DNA from: Candidatus Microsaccharimonas sp. | GTDB taxonomy: Bacteria; Patescibacteriota; Saccharimonadia; Saccharimonadales; UBA4665 | Assembly (NCBI GenBank): GCA_035564115.1 | Contig: DATMTN010000012.1 | Coordinates: 25,673 to 89,672, forward strand | Reading direction: 5' to 3' | Length of the DNA stretch: 64,000 nucleotides | In this document: positions 16,489 through 24,765 of the stretch, piece after piece | How the letters are laid out: every line of letters begins with the position of its first letter | How positions within the stretch are numbered: position 1 is the stretch's first letter | The notes under the pieces: generated by a model | The model's database searches: none | What the model saw: only the letters and a program-made list of their open reading frames with translations | What the model was told of the DNA's origin: nothing | Made by a program: the position numbers and the translations under genes

Positions 16489-16583
16489 GCTTGCGTTTGT
16501 TCCAGAAGAGAAGTGTCGCTCATGTAGTACCCCAAGTATATCGAAAACTAGCGACGAGCACCAGGGGCTGGTATGCTAATGTC

Positions 16584-17309
16584 ATGGCCGATACGACCTA
16601 CTTCACACCGAAAATCATCCTAGCTATTGGCGCGCATGCCGATGACATGGATGTCACCAGTGCCGGCACCCTGCTGCGCTGGGCACATGAAGGGGCCGCG
16701 GTCTATTACCTGCAACTCACAGACAGTAGTCGTGGTTCATCGGACCGGAACATTTCACCGGAACAGGTAGCCACGACTCGCCAGGCAGAGCAGCGCACAG
16801 CCGCTGAGCTGCTGGGCGCCAAAGACGTGTTCTTCCTGAGCAACTGCGATGGCTGTTTGGAGGTAACACAGGACTTGAAACGCGACATCGTACGCGTTAT
16901 CCGTCAGGTCAAACCCGATACGGTGATTGGCATGGATCCGACGTTCATTTATTCAGCTGAACGTGGCATGATTAATCACCCAGACCACCGGGCGGCTGGC
17001 CAGGCAACACTCGATGCTGTCTATCCGTTGGCTCGCGACCACCTGACATTCCCCGAGCTGCTGCAAGATGAGCAGCTCGAACCACACAGGGTCGAACATG
17101 TACTGCTCGCAAATTTTGAGACGCAGAACTATTACGTCGACATATCAGAGTTCATGGACCGTAAGCTCGAAGTGGTACTGGCTCATGCCAGCCAGTTCGG
17201 CGAGCCAGAACGTATGAGTGATATGCTGCGTGGTATGGCCGAAGGCATGGGAGTCAAAACTGGCTCACGCTATGCTGAAGGATTCATGCGCATTGACCTT
17301 GCATTTTAG
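16584..17309 (+). CDS. PIG-L/LmbE-family N-acetylglucosaminyl deacetylase (cytoplasmic type)
   Basis: Motifs ILAIGAHADDMDV and INHPDHRAAG are present. The ATG lies 6 nt after TGGTATGCT. Confidence 0.8.
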   Translation: MADTTYFTPKIILAIGAHADDMDVTSAGTLLRWAHEGAAVYYLQLTDSSRGSSDRNISPEQVATTRQAEQRTAAELLGAKDVFFLSNCDGCLEVTQDLKRDIVRVIRQVKPDTVIGMDPTFIYSAERGMINHPDHRAAGQATLDAVYPLARDHLTFPELLQDEQLEPHRVEHVLLANFETQNYYVDISEFMDRKLEVVLAHASQFGEPERMSDMLRGMAEGMGVKTGSRYAEGFMRIDLAF

Positions 17310-17361
17310 ATACTCTCTTGGAATTTTCGGCTGTTCGGCCAATTACTGAAAGGAAAAACGT

Positions 17362-18087
17362 ATGCTCCCAATATTACTTGCATCCGGAACATTTATATCA
17401 ACTTTAACGGGCGGTATCGTCGGGCTTAAGAACAAGGATAATCTCCACCGCTTCCTCGGATACACTGCTGGTGTGCTGATTGGCGTGGTCGCCTTCGACC
17501 TGTTGCCGGAGATCTTTGAATTGCTTCAGAAGCAGCACCTGGCACCGACTGGCGCGATGATTGCCCTAGTTTGTGGCTTTGTACTGTTCCACATCATCGA
17601 GAAATCTATTCTGATTCACCACAGTCAGGAGCATGAGTACGAGGTGCATCACCACCCGCAGGTCGGTGTGGCCAGCGCGCTGGCATTGACTGGGCATAGC
17701 TTTTTAGATGGTGTTGGTATCGGCCTGGGCTTCCAGGCGGGTAACACGGTGGGCATCGCTGTGGCGATCGCCGTTATCGCCCACGATTTTACCGACGGCC
17801 TAAATACTGTCAATCTGATGCTGCTCAATAAGAACAAATCGAAGAAAGCTCTGGCGTTCCTGCTGCTCGATGCCCTGGCACCGGTGCTCGGCGCACTGAG
17901 TACGCTCCTGTTCACCATTCCAGATAGCGTACTGCCGCTGTATCTCGGTTTCTTTGCTGGTTTCCTACTGTATATCGGTGCCAGCGAGATCTTGCCCGAA
18001 GCCCACAGTAAGCATTCGTCATATTGGACTATCATCCTGACGGTTTTGGGCGCGACATTCATGTTTGTGGTCACCCGCTTCGCCTAG
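17362..18087 (+). CDS. ZIP-family divalent metal transporter (ZupT-like)
   Basis: About eight TM helices, a His-rich loop HHSQEHEYEVHHHPQ and the motif IAHDFTDGL. Confidence 0.8.
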   Translation: MLPILLASGTFISTLTGGIVGLKNKDNLHRFLGYTAGVLIGVVAFDLLPEIFELLQKQHLAPTGAMIALVCGFVLFHIIEKSILIHHSQEHEYEVHHHPQVGVASALALTGHSFLDGVGIGLGFQAGNTVGIAVAIAVIAHDFTDGLNTVNLMLLNKNKSKKALAFLLLDALAPVLGALSTLLFTIPDSVLPLYLGFFAGFLLYIGASEILPEAHSKHSSYWTIILTVLGATFMFVVTRFA

Positions 18088-18113
18088 GGCTACTAGCTGC
18101 TACAATACTAAGC

Positions 18114-19169
18114 ATGATTATTGCGGTGATTGTTCTGGGGGTACTGGTGCTGGCATTGCTGGCGGTGGTGTTACGTCAACAGTTGACACCGAAGACCGAT
18201 GACAATGTTTCGCTTCTGCTCAAACAAGATTTGACTAAGCTGAGTGATGACATTACGCAGCTGAAGGATGGGGTGCAGAAGCAGATGAATGACCAAATGA
18301 CTGCCAGCAACCGACAAATCGCCCAGCAGTCAGCGGCGAGCATCAAAATCCTGCAGGATGTAACCGAAAAGCTCACCAAGCTCGAGGGTACCAACAAAAA
18401 TGTCGGTGATATCGCCAACGAACTAAAGAGCCTGCAAAACGTGCTCCAGAACCCTAAACAGCGTGGCGTGCTCGGTGAATTCTACCTAGAGCAGATTCTG
18501 AAGAATACACTCCCACCCGGTGCCTTCCAGCTGCAGTACAAAATTGGTCCAACGATGATTGTGGATGCCGCGATCATCCTGGACGACAAAGTCTTGCCGG
18601 TCGACAGCAAGTTTAGCCTAGAGAACTACAGCCGACTGTTGGAAGCCAAGCCGGAAGAGCAAGATACCCTCGCCAAAGCGTTCAAGGAAGACTTGAAGCG
18701 GCGCATCGACGAGACCAGCAAGTACATCTTGCCGGGCAAGGGCACGCTGGACCAGGCGCTGATGTTCATTCCGTCAGAGGCGATTTACTACGACCTGCTA
18801 GCCAACAAGGTAGGGCTAGGCAATGTCTCGGGCCGAAATCTGGTGCAATACGCCAGCGAGAAGAAAGTGACGATCGTCGGCCCCAGCACCCTCAGTGCCA
18901 TGTTGCAGACTATTATGCAGGGCCTGCGCAGCATTGAAATCCACAAAGACACCGAGAAAATTCGCAAGAACATCGAGCAGCTCAGTAAGCACCTCATCGC
19001 ACACAATGCCTACATGATGAAGCTCGGCGCGTCACTGGGGACGACCGTAAACCACTACAATGCAACGTACAAGGAGCTCGGCAAAATTGACCGTGACATC
19101 GTGAAGATTACTGATGCCGAAAGCTCGGTCGATCCACTACTGCTCGAAAAACCCACTCTCGAAGACTAG
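18114..19169 (+). CDS. rmuC: DNA recombination protein RmuC
   Basis: An N-terminal TM helix is followed by a coiled coil and the RmuC nuclease-like C-terminus (RGVLGEFYLEQIL, VDSKFSLE, MFIPSEAIY). The ATG lies 7 nt after TGCTACAAT. Confidence 0.8.
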   Translation: MIIAVIVLGVLVLALLAVVLRQQLTPKTDDNVSLLLKQDLTKLSDDITQLKDGVQKQMNDQMTASNRQIAQQSAASIKILQDVTEKLTKLEGTNKNVGDIANELKSLQNVLQNPKQRGVLGEFYLEQILKNTLPPGAFQLQYKIGPTMIVDAAIILDDKVLPVDSKFSLENYSRLLEAKPEEQDTLAKAFKEDLKRRIDETSKYILPGKGTLDQALMFIPSEAIYYDLLANKVGLGNVSGRNLVQYASEKKVTIVGPSTLSAMLQTIMQGLRSIEIHKDTEKIRKNIEQLSKHLIAHNAYMMKLGASLGTTVNHYNATYKELGKIDRDIVKITDAESSVDPLLLEKPTLED

Positions 19170-20488
19170 TCTTTTTTAAGTAAATCGATGGTCAGTGCTG
19201 CCGTCCAGGTGAAGTTTTCAGCGCCGGCGGCTTCGCCGGTCCCAGGGTCAAAGTACTCGGCAAACCCACTGCGAGCAACCATTTCGAGTGTCGTTTCCGT
19301 CAGGGCATCGGCGTGGTCGTTGAAACCGTAACGCCGGAGGCCATCAATGATTAGCCAGTTGGTGTTAACCCAACTCGGTCCTTGCCAGTAGCGCTTGGCG
19401 TGGAACCACGGTGAGCTGACGGGTACACTCGGCACGGGGTAGGCAGTGCCATAGAGCTGCTCGTTTTCCAGCAAACTGACAATTTCCTTGGCGCGCTCCT
19501 TGCTGACACAACCGGCGTAGAGCGGCATAAAAGCGGCGATGGAATCTTCCTTGATAAGGTTGTGGGTCACAAAATCGCGCGAGAAATATTGCCCAGCGTA
19601 CGGGTCCCACAGGTTATCGAGGGCTTTGACGGTTTGATGCATACTTTTAGCTAACTCTTCTGGAATTTCGGCGCGGATGGTTTTGGCGATGTCCTGAATA
19701 TGCTGATTGGCGCGGATGAGGATACAGTTGAATGTCAGATCCTCAATGCTGAAGAGTGAGTGGTCGAGGATTTTATCGGTGTTATAGCGTTTGCGGCGCA
19801 GCCGGCGTTGGGCGTCGAAGAGGGCTAGCACCTCGAGCGTGGTATAGCGCTCATCGAGCGGCACACTGCGGGTATCGCGCCGGAACATGCCCACTAAGCC
19901 AAGCAAATGGAGGTTTTTGAGGAGGCGAATCCAGGCAGGCAGTAGGTGCTCTCGTAGCTCTGTTGTCCAGGGTGGTGTGTTGTCGAGGCCGGCCTCCCAG
20001 GGGTGTACGAGCAGCACCAAGCCTTCACCATGCGGATCACGGTCTTCGTAGAGCCACTGGTGGTAGGCGATAAGTGCTGGCCAGGTCATCTTGTACCAGG
20101 CTCGTCGCTCGGCGAGCTTGAGCTTGCTACCCACTTGCACGATTGCTTCGGCGAGCATCGGTGGTTGGGTGATACCACTGGTACTGAGAGTATCGGGTGA
20201 GTACGGGTTAAGGTTACTGCTCCAGGCCGCGCGATCAGTGTGGTAGCGGTTCTCGCTGCGAAAGATGATATTTGGCAGCATGCCATTGTGCCACTGGCCA
20301 CGGAGCAGGCTGGTAACCTCCAGCTTGGCGCGGTCCACATCTAGGTGGCGCAGGCCGATAGCAGCAAAACAACTGTCCCACAGCCACTGATGAGGGTATA
20401 AATCGGGTGCTGGCATCGTATAGGTGCCACGGTCATTTTGTTTTAACACTTCTGCGGCGGCAGCCAGTAATTGTTTGCTATCCTGCAT
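19166..20488 (-). CDS. GH63-like (alpha/alpha)6-barrel glycoside hydrolase (mannosyl-/glucosylglycerate hydrolase or trehalase-like)
   Basis: Motifs YPHQWLWDSCFAAIGL, HPWEAGLDNTPPW and WQGPSWVNTNW are present. The start is set at MQDSKQ (20488), downstream of a minus-strand TATACT. Confidence 0.6.
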   Translation of the reverse strand: MQDSKQLLAAAAEVLKQNDRGTYTMPAPDLYPHQWLWDSCFAAIGLRHLDVDRAKLEVTSLLRGQWHNGMLPNIIFRSENRYHTDRAAWSSNLNPYSPDTLSTSGITQPPMLAEAIVQVGSKLKLAERRAWYKMTWPALIAYHQWLYEDRDPHGEGLVLLVHPWEAGLDNTPPWTTELREHLLPAWIRLLKNLHLLGLVGMFRRDTRSVPLDERYTTLEVLALFDAQRRLRRKRYNTDKILDHSLFSIEDLTFNCILIRANQHIQDIAKTIRAEIPEELAKSMHQTVKALDNLWDPYAGQYFSRDFVTHNLIKEDSIAAFMPLYAGCVSKERAKEIVSLLENEQLYGTAYPVPSVPVSSPWFHAKRYWQGPSWVNTNWLIIDGLRRYGFNDHADALTETTLEMVARSGFAEYFDPGTGEAAGAENFTWTAALTIDLLKKD

Positions 20489-20641
20489 ATGCTTTCCAGT
20501 ATAACGCCGAGGAAACACTTTACTACCCTAAATGCCTGCTGTAGATAGCACTACATTTAGATGTACTTATTGTTGGCAGAGGGTCACCGGAACGCTATTA
20601 TCTAAACCATAAGCATATAAAACGACAGAAAGACCAAACCC

Positions 20642-21226
20642 ATGAAACACTTCAAGAAACTAAACGCCAAAGGCTTCGCCCACTGGGTCATCCCAGCCCT
20701 CGCCATTGTAGTAATCGGCGGTATCGGTAGCTACGTCTACTTGCGTCAAAGCCATGCAGACCCGATAGCGCACGCTATCGTCACAAACACCGGCAGCGGC
20801 GCCAGGGCGCCTATCACAGTACCTCTTGGATCATATAAATTTACAGGCTCAGACGTTAATGTCATACAGGCGGTCAGTGTACCACCTAATATTAAGTATT
20901 ACGCTTGGTTTCATGGTCACGTAGACGCAAGCTATAGCGGTGCCAGTATTTACCGCGAAAGTGGTTATTACCAATACACCCAAAGTAATCTCGACCCAAC
21001 CAAAAAGTTTGTGGTAACGCCTACCAATAATAGCCATATTACGACTGGCTTTCCGCTCACCGCAAGCAACACGACGGTTAATCTGTGCAATAAATATGTA
21101 GAGGTTAAGGTGTCGGGCCACACTGGTTACTATGGTGTTAAGTACTGTACGCTGAATAACACGTATACTTCATTTGGCGGGTCTGTCAATGACCCGATTT
21201 TTCCTGATAGTATACTTAGCAACTAA
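20642..21226 (+). CDS. Hypothetical exported protein with a pilin-like N-terminus lacking Glu5
   Basis: The N-terminus is MKHFKKLNAKG/FAHWVIPALAIVVIGGIGSYVYLRQ. No other motif was recognised. Confidence 0.4.
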   Translation: MKHFKKLNAKGFAHWVIPALAIVVIGGIGSYVYLRQSHADPIAHAIVTNTGSGARAPITVPLGSYKFTGSDVNVIQAVSVPPNIKYYAWFHGHVDASYSGASIYRESGYYQYTQSNLDPTKKFVVTPTNNSHITTGFPLTASNTTVNLCNKYVEVKVSGHTGYYGVKYCTLNNTYTSFGGSVNDPIFPDSILSN

Positions 21227-21263
21227 GCAGTAGCGGCTCTTAAAATAGCAAAGTATCGGAAAC

Positions 21264-21758
21264 TTACCGGTAGTTCGTGAAGCTGACGGGGAAGTCGAAA
21301 TCACTCGCCTTGATGGCCTGCATAACTGCTTGCAGGTCATCTTTGCTTGTTGACATGACCCGCACGGTGTCGCCCTGAATCTGTGTTTTCACCTTTGAAA
21401 ACTTGTCACGCACCAGCACGGTAATCTTTTTGGCCTTGTCCTGGTCTAGCCCCTGTACGAAAGGTACTTCCTTGGTCGTTTTCAAGTTTGATTCAACGGC
21501 ATCTTTCGAGGTATCGAGGACCTTCTGCGAGAGGCCGCGGGTCGCCAGCTTCTTGCGGTAGATGTCCAGGATAGCATCGATTTGCCACTCGCCGCTGCCG
21601 GTGACTTTGATGCCTTTTTTGTCATCCAGCCACTCGATAGCCGCCGGCGTGCCCTTGAAGTCGTAGCGCGCAGTCATCTCGCGCTCCGTTTGGTCGAAGA
21701 CGTTGTTCATCTCGGCCTTATCAAATTCACTCACTGCATCAAAGGAAAAGTTTGCCAT
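21264..21758 (-). CDS. yajQ: YajQ-family nucleotide (c-di-GMP)-binding protein
   Basis: The N-terminus MANFSFDAVSEFDKAEMNNVFDQTEREMTARYDFKG is typical of UPF0234/YajQ. The start lies 7 nt after a minus-strand TACAAT. Confidence 0.85.
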   Translation of the reverse strand: MANFSFDAVSEFDKAEMNNVFDQTEREMTARYDFKGTPAAIEWLDDKKGIKVTGSGEWQIDAILDIYRKKLATRGLSQKVLDTSKDAVESNLKTTKEVPFVQGLDQDKAKKITVLVRDKFSKVKTQIQGDTVRVMSTSKDDLQAVMQAIKASDFDFPVSFTNYR

Positions 21759-21848
21759 GACCTCTATTGTACCCACCCCTATGGGGTGCTTGCAAACGTA
21801 AGCGGAAAGCCTATACTTGGAAGTATCTTAAACAAGGAAGCTTGCAGT

Positions 21849-22529
21849 ATGACAAAAATTATCAGCAAACTACGCCTGGCAGCGACCCTCCCACTTGTAG
21901 TAGGTATCATGGGCTTTGCTCCAGTAGTGGTATATGCCGATCATGGCAAGGCCGCCGCCGATACGACGACTACGAGTGAGACAGAGACGACCGATCCTAC
22001 AACTGGAAGTGACGATACGGCTGCCAAAACCGAAGCGATTAATACGGCTCACAGCAAAGCTCTGGAATTACTGACAGAAAAGCGGGCGACTATTAAGCAG
22101 CACACAACTGAACAGAAACAAAAGGCGTGCGAAGCTCGTGCCACGAATATCGATATGCGAGCTAACAACTACGCGACTGCTGCTCAGCGTCACCTCGCTA
22201 ACTTCACCGCTATATTTACGAAGGTCCAGGCATTCCACGATAAGAAGCAGCTGAATGTTACAAACTACGATACGCTAGTCGCGGCTGCGAACGCCAAGCA
22301 GGTAACCGCTCAAGCGGCTGTTGATGCCTTAAAGGCAGTTGACGTTAAGATTGACTGTACGCAAGCCGATCCTGCGATTGCAGTGGCTAATCTCAAAACA
22401 GCTACCAGCAATGCTCGTACGGCATTACAAGACTACCGTACCGCCATCAAAGATGTGATCATTGCGCTCCAAGGCGCCTCGACCGCCAACAAGACAAGTG
22501 ATACAAGTAGCACCGGGGGTAACCAGTAA
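21849..22529 (+). CDS. Hypothetical secreted alpha-helical protein
   Basis: Trimmed to the ATG at 21849. A Sec-type signal peptide ends VVYA/D. A Thr/Asp-rich linker and helical repeats follow, with two Cys. Confidence 0.45.
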   Translation: MTKIISKLRLAATLPLVVGIMGFAPVVVYADHGKAAADTTTTSETETTDPTTGSDDTAAKTEAINTAHSKALELLTEKRATIKQHTTEQKQKACEARATNIDMRANNYATAAQRHLANFTAIFTKVQAFHDKKQLNVTNYDTLVAAANAKQVTAQAAVDALKAVDVKIDCTQADPAIAVANLKTATSNARTALQDYRTAIKDVIIALQGASTANKTSDTSSTGGNQ

Positions 22530-22810
22530 TGAAGCGACTTAATCAATCCGGTTCTCACGTTATTGCTCTAGCTGTTGGCGTATTAGCCATCGGGGTCATT
22601 GCCTTTGCTGGCTACACCGTGATGCAGCGCCAAAATACAACCACGGCAAACTCCACGACCAAGACGCCTACAACTACGGCATCGTCGAATAGCATCAATA
22701 CGAGTGCTGACCTTACGAATGCTTCCAATCAGCTCGATGCTTACTCAGGCCAGGTCAACAGCAGCTTGAATGATTCCTCACTCGACGCTGACCTGAACGA
22801 CATGCTCTAG
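22529..22810 (+). CDS. Small pilin-like membrane-anchored protein (no Glu5)
   Basis: The N-terminus is MKRLNQSG/SHVIALAVGVLAIGVIAFAGYTVMQRQ. Its start overlaps the upstream stop (TAATG). Confidence 0.4.
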   Translation: MKRLNQSGSHVIALAVGVLAIGVIAFAGYTVMQRQNTTTANSTTKTPTTTASSNSINTSADLTNASNQLDAYSGQVNSSLNDSSLDADLNDML

Positions 22811-22865
22811 AATTGCATAAATAAGCGCTATTGCAATAGACTCACCTCTGGTACAATAGAGGTCA

Positions 22866-23891
22866 ATGATAGACGATAGCGTAGCTGCTGAGCTCAAAAA
22901 GCGGGCCCAAGACGGTGACACCGGCGTACTGCGCAGTGTCGAGTTCCGGGCCCTTTTTGATCAGATTAAAACCCTTCCGAATGACCAAAAAGCTGCCTAC
23001 GGCCAGGCAGTGAACGCTCTGCGCCAAGAAATCGAAGGGATTGTGGCTGCCAAATCAAATGAGGCGGAAGCACTACCGCCTATCGATGTTACGGCGCCGT
23101 TTGATGTCAACGCCGCGGCACCAACGCTGCTAGCAGCCGAAACCGGCAGTATCCACCCGCTGATGGCTGAGCGCGATACCATCCTCGATATCTTCTACCG
23201 CATGGGCTTTACGGCTAGTGAATCGCGCGAGATTGACGATGACTTCCACATGTTCGGTGCCCTGAACTTCCCCGAGGGTCACCCGGCCCGCGACGACTAC
23301 GACACCTTTATGACCGAACAGACTGATGGCAACGCCAAACGGCTAATCGCCCCTGCCCACACCAGTACCATGCAACACCGCTTGCTGCAGCAGTACAAGG
23401 GCAATCTTGACCAGGGTGAGCCAATTGCCGTGGTCGTGCCGGACCGCGTCTTCCGTAACGAAGACCTCGACGCGCGTCACGAGCACACGTTCTACCAGCT
23501 GGAAGGTATTTACGTTGGACGGGGTGTTCACGCCGGCAATCTCATTGCCACGCTCAAGACGTTCCTGCAGGAGTATTATGGCAAGGAGCTGGACGTCATG
23601 ACTCAGCCCTTCTACTTCCCATTCACCGAGCCATCGTTCGAGTTTGCCCTCAGTTGTCCATTCTGTGATAAACAGGGCTGTAACATCTGTAGTCAGTCGG
23701 GCTGGATCGAACTGCTGGGCTGTGGCATGATTCATCCAAATGTCCTCCGTGCTGCCGGCATTGATCCGGAAGTCTATACTGGCTTTGCTTGGGGCTGTGG
23801 TATCGACCGCTTGGTCATGATGAAATACGGTATCGAAGATGTGCGCCACTTCCACTCAGCAAAATTAGACTTCCTGAGGCAGTTCGCATGA
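22866..23891 (+). CDS. pheS: Phenylalanine--tRNA ligase alpha subunit
   Basis: Class II aaRS motifs are visible (HPARDDYDTF, FRNEDLDARHEHTFYQLEG, GFAWGCGIDRL). Confidence 0.95.
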   Translation: MIDDSVAAELKKRAQDGDTGVLRSVEFRALFDQIKTLPNDQKAAYGQAVNALRQEIEGIVAAKSNEAEALPPIDVTAPFDVNAAAPTLLAAETGSIHPLMAERDTILDIFYRMGFTASESREIDDDFHMFGALNFPEGHPARDDYDTFMTEQTDGNAKRLIAPAHTSTMQHRLLQQYKGNLDQGEPIAVVVPDRVFRNEDLDARHEHTFYQLEGIYVGRGVHAGNLIATLKTFLQEYYGKELDVMTQPFYFPFTEPSFEFALSCPFCDKQGCNICSQSGWIELLGCGMIHPNVLRAAGIDPEVYTGFAWGCGIDRLVMMKYGIEDVRHFHSAKLDFLRQFA

Positions 23892-24343
23892 GCGACACGC
23901 TTTTCGACAAAATTATCAGTGGTGAAATCCCGGCCTGGAAAGTCTGGGAAGACGGCGGCTACCTGGCGTTTCTGACACCTTTCCCGAGCACACCCGGTCT
24001 GACTGTAGTCATTCCCAAGGTTAACCCGGGTGACTACCTCTTTGATCTCGATCAAACGGCGGTGAATGGGCTGATGGCGGCTGCCCAGACAGTTGCCAAA
24101 AAGCTCGAGAAAGCCTTCGACACGCCGCGCGTTGCGCTTGTTTTTGAAGGTACCGGCGTGCCGTATATTCACGCCAAGCTGTACCCGCTCCATGGTGACC
24201 TGGCCGGTGAAACTGGGGTGTGGTCAAAACACCAAGAGTTCTACCCAGAGTACGCTGGCTACATCTCGACGGTCGAAGGACCAAAGATGAGTGATGAAGA
24301 GCTGACGGCGATCCAACAGAAAATCATCGAGGCCGAGGCATGA
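23888..24343 (+). CDS. HIT-family protein with an atypical triad
   Basis: The N-terminus MSDTLFDKIISGEIPAWKVWEDGGYLAFL is typical of HIT proteins. The triad position reads Y-I-H-A-K-L-Y-P, so only the central His is kept. ATGA overlaps occur at both ends. Confidence 0.65.
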   Translation: MSDTLFDKIISGEIPAWKVWEDGGYLAFLTPFPSTPGLTVVIPKVNPGDYLFDLDQTAVNGLMAAAQTVAKKLEKAFDTPRVALVFEGTGVPYIHAKLYPLHGDLAGETGVWSKHQEFYPEYAGYISTVEGPKMSDEELTAIQQKIIEAEA

Positions 24344-24765
24344 ACGACGACATCCAAAAGCAGATTTTCGAAGTACTAGAAAAACATGACCTATGCGTGC
24401 TGTCGACGGTTACCACCGACAACGTACCACAGGCCGCCATAGTTGGTTTCTCACCGAATGCTAGCCTACAGTTACTTATTGGTACATCCAACCGCACTCG
24501 CAAGTATGCCAATCTCCAACATAACCAGCGGGTTGCGGTCACGGTGGGCGACTACGAATCCGAAGTGCAGTACGAGGGTACGGTTCGTCAGCTGACCAAA
24601 ACTGAGCTGGCAGAACACCTAGAGACCCATTTTGATAAACTGCCGGGTACGGCGAAATATCTCGAGGACGAAACCCAGGCGTGGTTCCTCCTAGACCCAA
24701 GCTGGATTCGCCTAACAGTCCACGGTACCGTAAACACTGTTACTGAACTAAAGGATTTTGCATGA
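24340..24765 (+). CDS. Pyridoxamine-5'-phosphate-oxidase-like (FMN-binding split-barrel) protein
   Basis: 141 aa. The pattern LCVLSTVTTDNVPQAAIVGF...RKYANLQHNQRVAV is typical of the PNPOx-like family. Confidence 0.65.
   Translation: MNDDIQKQIFEVLEKHDLCVLSTVTTDNVPQAAIVGFSPNASLQLLIGTSNRTRKYANLQHNQRVAVTVGDYESEVQYEGTVRQLTKTELAEHLETHFDKLPGTAKYLEDETQAWFLLDPSWIRLTVHGTVNTVTELKDFA

Noticed and set aside
22811-22865. A T-box or other leader upstream of pheS.
   Set aside because: Only 55 nt separate the upstream stop from the pheS ATG, and a -10 sits 8 nt before the ATG. That leaves no room for a T-box of about 200 nt.
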